A DNA stretch of 61,874 bases, the filler included, from a bacterium (GTDB lineage Bacteria; JAMORN01): assembly GCA_027063545.1 (NCBI GenBank). It is 12 parts of 12 records of this genome, joined end to end, with 100 filler letters (N's around TTAATTAATTAA, not from the genome) between each part and the next. Parts side by side here need not be neighbours in the genome. Positions count along the whole stretch, not along the records: positions 1 to 16,896 come from JAMORN010000305.1; positions 16,997 to 19,876 come from JAMORN010000308.1; 10 more parts are not named here. One strand, given 5' to 3'. Below the pieces are notes generated by a model. It was not told where the DNA came from, did not search any database, and saw only the letters and a program-made list of their open reading frames with translations. Both the position numbers and the translations under genes were made by a program. Positions 10,606-19,976 of the stretch are shown piece after piece. Numbering within the stretch: position 1 is the stretch's first letter; every line of letters begins with the position of its first letter.

Positions 10606-12201
10606 TTATTTATATTTTCTCTCTATCCAATATTGTTGAATTAAAGATAATAAATTATATGTTCCCCAGTAAAGATTTAAACCTACTGACATATTAGAGA
10701 AAATAAAATACATAAAAACACTCATAAAAGTAGGCATAAATTTTTGTTTTGGATCTTTTATACTCATAGACATTTGAATATACATAAATACAGTTGATAA
10801 AAATACTATTAAACCAAATTTAAAAGGACCTATTGAAAAAAGGACTTCTGGCTGGCTTAAATCTTTTATCCATAAAATAAATTCTGCTTGTCTAAATTGA
10901 AATGCTCCTCTAAAAACACTATACAAAGCAAAAAATATTGGCATTTGTATTAATATAGGTAAACATCCTCCAAAAGGATTAACACCATGTTGTTGGTACA
11001 CCTTCATCATCTCCATTTGCATTCTTTTAGGATCATTTTTATATTTTTCCTGAATTGATTTTATTATAGGCTGAACTTGTTGTAATTTTTTAGAAGATTC
11101 CATAGATTTATGATTAAGAGGTGAAAGTATTAATTTTAAGAATATTGTAAATATTATAATAACAAGACCCCAGTTAGGTATAAATCCATATAGTTTTATT
11201 GTTATCCATAAAATTAAATCTGATAAAGGCTGAATAATTCTTGCTCCAAACCTTCCAAGATTAGATAAACCATATCCATATTTTTTTAAAAGATATTTAT
11301 CAACAGGTGTTGCTATAATAGCATAAGAAAAGTTTATATTATTTTTATCAAACAATGTTATAGAGTTATCTATATTAAAGTTTATAAATTTTCTTTTACT
11401 ATTAATATTTAAATTATAATTTATTTCTCCAGAATATTTTTTATCTTTAAAATCAAATATCATTCCTCCCCAAAAGTATTTTGTTCTTATTCCATCCCAA
11501 AAGTTTTTAACCTCAACTAAATTTATAGTTTCTGATTTAGATTTTTTTATTTGATCAAGTTCTTCATTTACATAAAAAACACCTGCTGCATAATTTTTAT
11601 CATCATTATCATTAAATTTTGTAAAACCATTCAATATAAAAGATAATTGATCTATATTATTTTTTGATTTTATATTTAAACTAACCTTTATTAAATAATC
11701 ATTTTTTGGTATATTATATTTTTTTTCTATAACTTTTAAACTATCATTATATAAAAAACTTAAAATATAAGAAGAATCTGTAGAGTCTATTTTTATATTA
11801 TATATAAGTATTGTATCTGAATTTTTATCTAGTTTTATACTGTTTATTTTTGATTTTTCAAAAAGTACTATATTATTCTTTCTTGAATTATCAAAGTATT
11901 CATTAAATACTAATTTTTTTATTAAAGCACCTTTATTAGAAAATAAAAGAGTATATTTTTGTGTTTTTATTAATATCTCTTTTTCTTTTATATCTTTATT
12001 ACTTTTTAAAGTATCTGATAATTTATTTATTGTTGTATCTTGTAATAATAAAGAATCTTTTATTTCTTTTGATGTGTTTGATAATGTATTAACAGGCTTA
12101 TCTTTTATATGAAGAATATTTTCCCTATACCATTTTGTATTTGTGATAATTAAAATTAAAATTATTAAACTGAATGCTATTATATAATTTTTTTTAAACA
12201 T
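10606..12201 (-). CDS. yidC: Membrane protein insertase YidC
   Basis: NWGLVII, GVNPFGGCLPILIQMPIF, LWIKDLS, LYW. Confidence 0.95.
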   Translation of the reverse strand: MFKKNYIIAFSLIILILIITNTKWYRENILHIKDKPVNTLSNTSKEIKDSLLLQDTTINKLSDTLKSNKDIKEKEILIKTQKYTLLFSNKGALIKKLVFNEYFDNSRKNNIVLFEKSKINSIKLDKNSDTILIYNIKIDSTDSSYILSFLYNDSLKVIEKKYNIPKNDYLIKVSLNIKSKNNIDQLSFILNGFTKFNDNDDKNYAAGVFYVNEELDQIKKSKSETINLVEVKNFWDGIRTKYFWGGMIFDFKDKKYSGEINYNLNINSKRKFINFNIDNSITLFDKNNINFSYAIIATPVDKYLLKKYGYGLSNLGRFGARIIQPLSDLILWITIKLYGFIPNWGLVIIIFTIFLKLILSPLNHKSMESSKKLQQVQPIIKSIQEKYKNDPKRMQMEMMKVYQQHGVNPFGGCLPILIQMPIFFALYSVFRGAFQFRQAEFILWIKDLSQPEVLFSIGPFKFGLIVFLSTVFMYIQMSMSIKDPKQKFMPTFMSVFMYFIFSNMSVGLNLYWGTYNLLSLIQQYWIERKYK

Positions 12202-12224
12202 ATATACTCCTTTTATTTTATTAT

Positions 12225-12473
12225 TTATGGTAGATCAATTCCGCCTTTAGAGTAAGGATTACATCTTAAAACTCTCCAAGTAGTTTTATATGTTGCTTTG
12301 AAAATATTATACTTTTTATACGATTCTATAGCATAATCAGAACATGTAGGATAATATCTACAATGAAAAGGTGTATAGGGTGATATAAATTTTTTATAAA
12401 ATTGTATTATTTTTATTATTAAATTCTTTATTAATTTTTCTATAGTTTTCAATAAGGAAATTATATACTTCAT
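12225..12473 (-). CDS. yidD: Membrane protein insertion efficiency factor YidD
   Basis: CRYYPTCSDYA, RVLRCNP. Confidence 0.95.
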   Translation of the reverse strand: MKYIISLLKTIEKLIKNLIIKIIQFYKKFISPYTPFHCRYYPTCSDYAIESYKKYNIFKATYKTTWRVLRCNPYSKGGIDLP

Positions 12474-12819
12474 TTTTTACTCTATTAAAGTCTATATTTT
12501 TATTTGTATTATTTTTCACCAAAACAAATATTGTATAATTCTTATAAAACTCTTTTAGATCTTTATTATTATAAAAAATTTCTCTAAAACTCTCTTTTAT
12601 TAATCTTTTTATTCTATTTCTATAAACAGATTTAGCAAATTTTCTTTTTACAATAATACCTATTATAGGTAAATTTAATAAATAATTATATTCTTTTTCT
12701 TTTAAAAATGTCAAAATATCTTTTTTAAGTAAATATATAATAAAGTTTTGAGTATAAATTTTTTTTGATTTTTTTATATAATTAAAAAATCTCTTATTTG
12801 CTGTGTAAAAATATTTCAT
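12394..12819 (-). CDS. rnpA: Ribonuclease P protein component
   Basis: KSVYRNRIKRLIKE (RNR motif); between rpmH and yidD. Confidence 0.85.
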   Translation of the reverse strand: MKYFYTANKRFFNYIKKSKKIYTQNFIIYLLKKDILTFLKEKEYNYLLNLPIIGIIVKRKFAKSVYRNRIKRLIKESFREIFYNNKDLKEFYKNYTIFVLVKNNTNKNIDFNRVKNEVYNFLIENYRKINKEFNNKNNTIL

Positions 12820-12832
12820 TAAGGTTTTAATA

Positions 12833-12970
12833 CTAAACTGTTGTTAATCTTTTTCTACCCTTTCTTCTTCTTCTATTTATAACTTCTCTACCAGATTTTG
12901 TCCTCATTCTTGCTAAAAATCCATGTTTTCTTTTTGCTTTCTTTATATGTGGTTGATATGTCCTCTTCAT
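12833..12970 (-). CDS. rpmH: 50S ribosomal protein L34 (absent from ORF track)
   Basis: Read manually: [54 protein letters not shown]. Confidence 0.97.
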   Translation of the reverse strand: MKRTYQPHIKKAKRKHGFLARMRTKSGREVINRRRRKGRKRLTTV

Positions 12971-13064
12971 ATATCCCTCCCTTAAATTTATTTTTTTTAT
13001 TTTTTATTTAAAAAAGTTATTTTTATGTATAAAAATAATAAAAATATTAAATTTTTACAAGAAT

Positions 13065-14117
13065 ATGTATTATTATTTAGAATCTCAAGTATTAGAGCAT
13101 TATACATTTGATAATTTAATAGAAGGTAGAACTAATTCTGCAGCTATTATTGCGGGAAAAACAATAGTTAATGATTTAAAAAAACAGATTCCATATAATC
13201 CTCTTCTTATTGTTGGAGATTATGGTTCAGGAAAAACTCATATATTAAATGCTATAGGAAATTATGCTAAACAAAAATATAAAAATATAAATATCGCTTA
13301 TATAAGAGGAGATTTATTTATTAATGATGTTATAGAAGCTATAAAAAATAAAGAAATAGAAAAATTAGAAAATTTTTATAAAAAATTAGATATACTACTT
13401 TTTGATGATATTCATAAATTTATAGAGCAAAATACATCTTTAGCTCAAGATATTTTCTTTAATATATATGAATATTTATACAACAAAAATAAAAAAATAG
13501 TTATAAGTTCTCTTTATGATATAAATAAATTAAAAGAAGGATTAAAAGATAGAATTATAAGTAGATTATCTTCAGGACTTATTATAAAAATAGGTGATTT
13601 TGATTATGAAATAATAATGGCTATTTTAAGAAAAAAAACTGAAAAAATAGAAATATCCAATGATATTTTAGATTATATAATAAAAACTTTAAAAACAAAT
13701 AATATTAGAAACTATGAAGGTATAATAAATAAAATTATAAGTTTTTCTATAGGAACAAAAAAAGAAATAAATCTTGAATTAGTAAAAGATATAATAAATA
13801 AAGATAAGACTATTAAAAAAATTTCAAATATTATAACACCTGATGAAATTATAGATGTTGTTAGTAAGTTTTTTAAGATTAATAAAAGATTAATAATAGA
13901 AAAAAATAGAAGAAAAGAAGTAATAATACCAAGAAAAATTGCTATATATTTATCAACAGAATTAACAAATTATTCTTTAGAATCTATAGGTAAATTTTTT
14001 AATAGAGACCATGCGACAGTAATCTATTCTAGAGATGAAATCAAAAAGTTAATAAATACTGATGAAACTATTAAAGAAATTGTTAATAAACTAAAAAAAA
14101 TGTTAATAACTGATTAA
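13065..14117 (+). CDS. dnaA: Replication initiator DnaA, domains III-IV only
   Basis: YTFDN, GDYGSGKTH, LLFDDIH, SRLSSGL, NRDHATVIYS; only 350 aa. Confidence 0.9.
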   Translation: MYYYLESQVLEHYTFDNLIEGRTNSAAIIAGKTIVNDLKKQIPYNPLLIVGDYGSGKTHILNAIGNYAKQKYKNINIAYIRGDLFINDVIEAIKNKEIEKLENFYKKLDILLFDDIHKFIEQNTSLAQDIFFNIYEYLYNKNKKIVISSLYDINKLKEGLKDRIISRLSSGLIIKIGDFDYEIIMAILRKKTEKIEISNDILDYIIKTLKTNNIRNYEGIINKIISFSIGTKKEINLELVKDIINKDKTIKKISNIITPDEIIDVVSKFFKINKRLIIEKNRRKEVIIPRKIAIYLSTELTNYSLESIGKFFNRDHATVIYSRDEIKKLINTDETIKEIVNKLKKMLITD

Positions 14118-14272
14118 ATAAAATCAAAAATTATTAACAAATTATTTGTGATATAGTTTCACTAAAAAAATCTTAATAACTTTTATTAAATAATAATTAA
14201 ATAATTTTTAATAAGATAAAAATTTTTATTAACAAATTGACAATTATTTATTATTAAAATTAATATAAATAA
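14047..14272. other. Probable oriC: variant DnaA boxes plus DnaA-trio tract
   Basis: TTATTAACA at 14081 and 14101 (minus strand) and 14131 and 14226 (plus strand); near-match at 14047; TTATTAACAAATTGACA followed by TAT TAT TAA AAT TAA TAT. Confidence 0.7.
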
Positions 14273-14404
14273 ATGTTAAAGAATATTATAAGAATTAGGT
14301 ATAAAAATAAAGTCACTTTATTTAATAGAATAAAGTTTTTGATAGATAAAAATTTTTTATTTATTTTTTTATAGCCAACAAAAAGAAAAAAGGAGTATGA
14401 TAAT

Positions 14405-15532
14405 ATGAAAGTAAGAACTAATATAGGTATTTTAAAAGATTTAATAGATAATGCTCTTCCTATTATTAATCAAAAAGCTCAAATTTTAATTCTTCATAAT
14501 TTTTTAATAAGAGCTAAAAATTCTAGATTAGAAATAGTAGCTACAGATTTAGATATTTCAATTATAGCATATAAAGATGTAGAAGTTTTAGAAGAAGGAG
14601 AAATATTAATAAATGCAAAAAAGTTTGCTGAAATAGTTAAAAATTTTGAAGATGAAGATGAGATTGAGATAATCTCAGATGAAAATTTAAAATTTGAACT
14701 TATAATAGGTAATAGTAAGTTTTCTTTAGTAGGTATAAATTCAGAAGAATTTCCTAAGGTACAATATCCAGAGGATATAAATTATATTATTTCTGTAAAG
14801 GGATTAGCTCTTAATTTTATTATTGATTATACATTATTTGCTGTAAGTAAAGACATAGGAATTTTAACAGGTATAAATTTTGAAATACATAAAGATTTTA
14901 TTAGAATGGTTGGAACAGATAGTCATAAATTAGGTCTTGCTGATTATAAGGATTTAATTGATATAAAAAAACAAGATGAGGATTTTCCTTTAAAATTTGT
15001 TGTTCCAAATAAGGTTGTAAAACACTTATCAGATACAATAGAAGATGATTGGGATATAAATATTGCTTTTAAAGATAATTTTTTAATATTTAATTATGAA
15101 AATATATTATTATCAACAAGATTATTAGAAGGTACATATCCAAATTATGAAGCAGTAATACCAGAAGATAATCAAAATAGTGCAATAATAGAAAGAAAAA
15201 CTTTTATGAATATTATAAAGAGATCTTTAAGTACTTCTGAATCTGGACAATATAAAATTATATTTAAATTTGATTCTACTTTAGAAGTTTATTCTTATGA
15301 TACAGAATTAGGAGCAGAATCTAAACAAGAGCTTTCAATTTCTTATGAAGGTGAGCCTATAGAGATTGCTTTTAATGGAAATTATCTACTTGATATATTA
15401 AAACATATAAAAACAGATGATGTTGAATTTAAAATTGGAGGTTCTTTATCTCCTACTTTAATAAAGCCACTACCACAATCAGAATCAGAAAATGTTATAC
15501 TACTATTAATGCCACTTAGAATAAAAAGTTAA
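14405..15532 (+). CDS. dnaN: DNA polymerase III beta clamp
   Basis: ATDLD, GTDSHKL, YPNYEAVIP, IAFNGNYL, LMPLR. Confidence 0.95.
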   Translation: MKVRTNIGILKDLIDNALPIINQKAQILILHNFLIRAKNSRLEIVATDLDISIIAYKDVEVLEEGEILINAKKFAEIVKNFEDEDEIEIISDENLKFELIIGNSKFSLVGINSEEFPKVQYPEDINYIISVKGLALNFIIDYTLFAVSKDIGILTGINFEIHKDFIRMVGTDSHKLGLADYKDLIDIKKQDEDFPLKFVVPNKVVKHLSDTIEDDWDINIAFKDNFLIFNYENILLSTRLLEGTYPNYEAVIPEDNQNSAIIERKTFMNIIKRSLSTSESGQYKIIFKFDSTLEVYSYDTELGAESKQELSISYEGEPIEIAFNGNYLLDILKHIKTDDVEFKIGGSLSPTLIKPLPQSESENVILLLMPLRIKS

Positions 15533-16575
15533 TGATTAAAGATATTTTAATAAAAAATTTTAAAATAATTAAAAATAAAAAATTTAATTTTCATCCTAAT
15601 TTAAATTTAATTATTGGTCCAAATGGTTCTGGAAAGACCTCTCTTTTAGAGGCTATTTATTATTCTTTTTATTTCAGGTCATTTTCTATATATAATTCTA
15701 AATTTTTAATAAATAAATACGAAGATTTTTTATTTATAGAGACAAATTTTATTAAGGAGGGTTTAGATAATAATATTAAAGTTTATTATGATGGAATAAA
15801 GAAGAATATTTTATTAAATGATAATAATATAAAAAAGATCTCAGAAGTTTATTCTATTTTAAATGTTATAGTTTTCTCCCATTATGATTTTAGTATTATT
15901 GAGAATAAATTATATAGAGATAGGTTTTTTTATAAACTTATCTCATTTTATAGAATGGATTTTTTAGATTATCTTAATAAGTATAAGAAAATATTAAATC
16001 AAAAAAGAATTCTATTAAAAAGTGATAATTTGGATATTAAATTATTGGATATATATAATAAAAATTTAATAGAATTATCAGAAAAGTTATCAAAAATTAA
16101 AGAACAGTTTCTTAAAGAATATATTAATATATTTAATAGTTTATTAAAAAAATTAGAAATAAAAAAAAAATTTAGTATAGATATTTATAAATTCAAAAAT
16201 AAAGAATATTGGGAGGAACTTTTTAGTAGTATAAAAGAAAAAGAGATTGAAGATAAAAAAATATTAGAAGGCTTTCATAAAGAGGATATAAATTTTTATA
16301 AGGATAATATCATTTTAAAAAACTACTCTTCAGAAGGAGAAAAGAAACTTTTTATTTTTTTATTAAAATATTCTGAATTTTTATTATATAAAAAAAAGAC
16401 AAATAATATAATATTTTTATTTGATGATATTATTTCATTATATGATGAAAAAAATAGAAATTTAGTTTTTAATTTAATAAAAGAAATAGATAATTATCAA
16501 AAATTTATAACAAGTACAGAATTAATAGATTATTTTAATAGTAAAAAGGATAAAAATATAATAAATTTAACTTAA
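15532..16575 (+). CDS. recF: RecF (divergent)
   Basis: GPNGSGKTSLLEAI, SEGEKK signature, LFDD Walker B; follows dnaN. Confidence 0.85.
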   Translation: MIKDILIKNFKIIKNKKFNFHPNLNLIIGPNGSGKTSLLEAIYYSFYFRSFSIYNSKFLINKYEDFLFIETNFIKEGLDNNIKVYYDGIKKNILLNDNNIKKISEVYSILNVIVFSHYDFSIIENKLYRDRFFYKLISFYRMDFLDYLNKYKKILNQKRILLKSDNLDIKLLDIYNKNLIELSEKLSKIKEQFLKEYINIFNSLLKKLEIKKKFSIDIYKFKNKEYWEELFSSIKEKEIEDKKILEGFHKEDINFYKDNIILKNYSSEGEKKLFIFLLKYSEFLLYKKKTNNIIFLFDDIISLYDEKNRNLVFNLIKEIDNYQKFITSTELIDYFNSKKDKNIINLT

Positions 16576-16583
16576 TTTAATCT

Positions 16584-16877
16584 ATGAATAAAGAATTAAA
16601 TAATATTTTCAAAAACCTTATAGATTCTCTTATATCAGAAGACTTATTAAAACTAAAAAAGATAGAAAAAACTTTAAATAAAATAAAAAAAGATTATGAT
16701 TTTAAATTTTTAGAAGGTATAAAGGTTCAAAAGTATGAGAATAATACACTATATTTAATTTCAAAAAATCCAATAATAAAAACAGAATTTTTTGTGAATA
16801 AAGATATAGTAATGAATATATTAAATAAACTTCTTAAAGGTGAAAAGATAAACATAACAAAAATTATTATAAAATAA
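16584..16877 (+). CDS. DciA/DUF721-like protein
   Basis: Small protein after recF; YENNTLYLISKNP resembles the DciA core; mostly a synteny call. Confidence 0.5.
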   Translation: MNKELNNIFKNLIDSLISEDLLKLKKIEKTLNKIKKDYDFKFLEGIKVQKYENNTLYLISKNPIIKTEFFVNKDIVMNILNKLLKGEKINITKIIIK

Positions 16878-16896
16878 TTAAGAAAATTTAATATTA

Positions 16897-16996
16897 NNNN
16901 NNNNNNNNNNNNNNNNNNNNNNNNNNNNNNNNNNNNNNNNTTAATTAATTAANNNNNNNNNNNNNNNNNNNNNNNNNNNNNNNNNNNNNNNNNNNN
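16897..16996. other. Artificial contig linker; identical ones at 19877-19976, 22845-22944, 25771-25870, 28693-28792, 31610-31709, 47724-47823, 50577-50676, 53424-53523, 56245-56344, 59060-59159
   Basis: 44 N + TTAATTAATTAA (stops in all six frames) + 44 N, 11 times. Confidence 0.99.
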
Positions 16997-17285
16997 AGTT
17001 GAGAATAAAAGAGTAGTAAAATTTGGGAAAGATATACCTATATCTTTAGCTGCAGGGGAATATATTGGACTTGCAAAATTTTATAAATCTAATTTAAAAC
17101 CTTTATTTGATATCATGGAAAAACTAATAAAAACTGGAAAGACTGATATTTGGTATGAAATAGCTTTTAATTATGTTCTTGATAGGATTAATATTGGATA
17201 TGTTGAAACAAAAGCTAAACCTTGGATTGAAATTGATACAGTTGAAGATTATAAAAAAGCAAGAAATTTAGGAATAACGTTATGA
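16997..17285 (+). CDS. LicC/Gtp2-like nucleotidyltransferase, C-terminal part
   Basis: Read manually: ...AAGEYIGLAKF...PWIEIDTVEDYKKA...; ATGA overlap with the next gene. Confidence 0.75.
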
Positions 17286-18343
17286 TCTATAGGACAGTTA
17301 ACTTTCCTATATTTTCAAGAATAGATAAAGGAATTATTCAAAACCTAAGTGATATTATAAAGGAAGAAAATCTTTTTTTTAAAAAAGTTGCTATTTTAAC
17401 TGGAAATTATGGTGAAAAATTAGTTACGGAAAAAAAAATAGATTCCCATTTTCAGGATGTAGTTCTTATAAATGTAAGAAAATGCAAAGATATTAGTTAT
17501 ATTAGATCTTTTATTATTCATAAAAAGGCAGAACTAATTTTAGCTGTGGGTGGCGGGAGTGTTAATGACATAAGCAAATATATATCTATGGAAACATCTA
17601 TTCCTCTTATTTATGTACCTACTATTTTATCAAATGATGGTATAGCATCTCCTATTAGTATAATAAAAATAAACGGAAATTATAAAAGTTTAGGAACTAC
17701 TCCACCTATAGGAATAATTGCAGATATTGAGGTTATATCTAAGTCTCCTAAGATATTTTTATTAAGTGGATTGGGAGATTTAATATCAAATCTTTCCGCT
17801 ATTTTAGATTGGGAGTTAGCAAATAGAGAAATTGGAGAAAAAATAGATATTTTTGCAAAAAATATTGCCTTTAGTAGTGCAATAAATATATTATACAATT
17901 TTAGAAAAGGCAAATATGATACTATTTTTGAAAGCAAATTTATAGAAGATCTATTCAATGGGTTAATTATGAGTGCTATTTCTATGATCATTGCCAAATC
18001 TTCAAGACCTGCAAGTGGAGCAGAACATAACATTAGTCACGCTATGGATAAACTTAATATCGGAAAATTACATGGAATTCAAGTAGGTTTTGCTACATTA
18101 TTTACTCTATATTTGCATGGTGCAAAGGATATTCTTGAAGATGTATTGAAACTTTATAAACAATTTAACTTTCCTATATATTTTACTAGTTTGGAAATTA
18201 GTGAAAAAATTTTTATAGAGGCTCTTAAATTAGCTCCTTTTATAAGAAGTAGATATACTATTTTAAATAAGCTTTCTTTAGATTTTATTATTGCAAAATT
18301 TGAGGAATTTAAAAGGAGATATATAAAATGTTTAACATTTTGA
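17282..18343 (+). CDS. Glycerol-phosphate dehydrogenase of the AraM/EgsA/Gtp1 family
   Basis: AVGGGSVNDISK, PTILSNDGIASP, SRPASGAEHNISH, LHGIQV. Confidence 0.85.
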   Translation: MIYRTVNFPIFSRIDKGIIQNLSDIIKEENLFFKKVAILTGNYGEKLVTEKKIDSHFQDVVLINVRKCKDISYIRSFIIHKKAELILAVGGGSVNDISKYISMETSIPLIYVPTILSNDGIASPISIIKINGNYKSLGTTPPIGIIADIEVISKSPKIFLLSGLGDLISNLSAILDWELANREIGEKIDIFAKNIAFSSAINILYNFRKGKYDTIFESKFIEDLFNGLIMSAISMIIAKSSRPASGAEHNISHAMDKLNIGKLHGIQVGFATLFTLYLHGAKDILEDVLKLYKQFNFPIYFTSLEISEKIFIEALKLAPFIRSRYTILNKLSLDFIIAKFEEFKRRYIKCLTF

Positions 18344-19524
18344 AAAATTTAAAAAAACTTTTAGATTATACCATAATGTTACCACTTTATTGGCTCTCGT
18401 ATATTATTCCAAAAGATGAGAAGCTTTGGATTTTTGGTTCATGGTTTGGTGAAAGGTATGCAGATAATAGTAAGTATTTATTTGAATATGTTAATAAATA
18501 TCATCCTGAAATAAAAGCGGTTTGGCTTACAAGTAACAAGAAAGTTTACAAATATTTAAAAAGTAAAGGTTATAAAGTTTTTTTTAAAAATAGTTTAGCC
18601 GGTTTCTGGTTCTCCTTAAGAGCTAAAGTAGCTATAGTTTGTCAAAGTAAAAAATCAGATTTATATCCATTTATCAACGATAAAAAAACTTTTATAGTTC
18701 AATTATGGCATGGCATCCCTCTGAAAAAAATAGGTTATGATGATACTATTTTTTCTTATAAGAACAAAAGTAAAATAAGAAAATATTTAATAAATTTATT
18801 TTTTCCTTTTTTAAAGGAAAAATATTCTTTATTTATTGCTACTTCTATGGAAACAAAAAAGTTGTTTTCTAAAGCTTTTAAATTAGATATTTCCAAAGTG
18901 AAAATAACCGGATATCCAAGAAACGATGTTTTATTTTCTAAAAAGGGAATTTCGAAAAAAAGTTATAAAAAAATTATTTATTTGCCAACTTTTAGGAAAA
19001 ATATAGGCTCAAAAATAGATCTTTTTAAACCATATGGTTTTAATACAAAAAAGATAGATAAATTTTTAGAAAAGTTGAAAGCAAAGTTATTTATTAAACT
19101 TCATCCAGTTAACAATCCAGACAAGGATATTTTAGAAGAATTAAGAAAATGTAAAAATATTATTTTTCTTAATAATGATATTGATTTATACGAAATTTTG
19201 GGGAATTTTGATATTTTAATTACAGACTACTCTAGCGTTTATTTTGACTACTTACTTCTAGACAAACCTATTATTTTTGCTCCTTTTGATATTGAAGAAT
19301 ACACAAAAAAGGATAGGGAATTTTATTATGAATATGATGAAGTTACTCCTGGTCCAAAAGCAAAAAGTTGGGATGAGGTTTTAATATATATTATGGAAGC
19401 TATAAAAAATCCAGAAAAGTATAAAGAAGAACGAGAAAAAATAAGAAATATTTTTCATAAATATAAAGATGAGAGGAGCAGTGAAAGAGTTTTTAAGGAA
19501 ATAGTAAAACTTTTAAACTGGTAA
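18328..19524 (+). CDS. CDP-glycerol glycerophosphotransferase (TagF/TagB family)
   Basis: QLWHGIPLKKIG, TGYPRND, YLPTFR, KLHP, LITDYSSVYFDY. Confidence 0.9.
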   Translation: MFNILKNLKKLLDYTIMLPLYWLSYIIPKDEKLWIFGSWFGERYADNSKYLFEYVNKYHPEIKAVWLTSNKKVYKYLKSKGYKVFFKNSLAGFWFSLRAKVAIVCQSKKSDLYPFINDKKTFIVQLWHGIPLKKIGYDDTIFSYKNKSKIRKYLINLFFPFLKEKYSLFIATSMETKKLFSKAFKLDISKVKITGYPRNDVLFSKKGISKKSYKKIIYLPTFRKNIGSKIDLFKPYGFNTKKIDKFLEKLKAKLFIKLHPVNNPDKDILEELRKCKNIIFLNNDIDLYEILGNFDILITDYSSVYFDYLLLDKPIIFAPFDIEEYTKKDREFYYEYDEVTPGPKAKSWDEVLIYIMEAIKNPEKYKEEREKIRNIFHKYKDERSSERVFKEIVKLLNW

Positions 19525-19545
19525 ATCATACGGTATTTAGGAGTG

Positions 19546-19828
19546 GAGAGTGTTCCCAAAACTGTATAAATTTTATCACACCTCCAAACGTTCTTTGAAA
19601 ATTTCGGATAATTGACCGTAAATAATGGACCAATTCTTTATCTTACTTCTTTCCCATTTCTTTTCAAAACCTTCTATTGCCAAGTAAAGATTTTTTATCA
19701 GAGCTTCATCGCTAGGAAATATTCTCTTTTTATCTGTTACTCTTCTAAAAGCGCTATTTATGATTTCTATTATATTTGTTGTATACATTATTTTTCTCAT
19801 TTCGTATGGATATCTAAAGTAGGTCGTG
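19546..19828 (-). mobile_element. IS256-family remnant: transposase C-terminus and terminal repeat
   Basis: YFRYPYEMRKIMYTTNIIE...RIFPSDEA (19576-19800); end GAGAGTGTTCCCAAAACTGTATAAA at 19546. Confidence 0.85.
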
Positions 19829-19876
19829 GGGGTAAAAGGAAAAATTGTGTAAAAATAATAACATAAAAAGAGGAGG
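19829..19876 (+). mobile_element. Probable left end of a second IS256-family element
   Basis: GGGGTAAAAGGAAAAATTGTGTAAA then SD-like AGAGGAGG at the contig break; interrupts the first transposase. Confidence 0.6.
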
Positions 19877-19976
19877 NNNNNNNNNNNNNNNNNNNNNNNN
19901 NNNNNNNNNNNNNNNNNNNNTTAATTAATTAANNNNNNNNNNNNNNNNNNNNNNNNNNNNNNNNNNNNNNNNNNNN

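Noticed and set aside
14146-14164. TTGTGA...TTCACTA palindrome as a Rex or CRP site
   Set aside because: Spacing is one base too long for either consensus and there is a single copy.
16941-16952. TTAATTAATTAA palindrome and ORF tails ending XXX or LIN
   Set aside because: Artificial linker sequence.
17282-18343. Archaeal-type lipid synthesis (EgsA) in a bacterium
   Set aside because: Context is a glycan glycerophosphotransferase locus and no GGGP/DGGGP synthase is visible.
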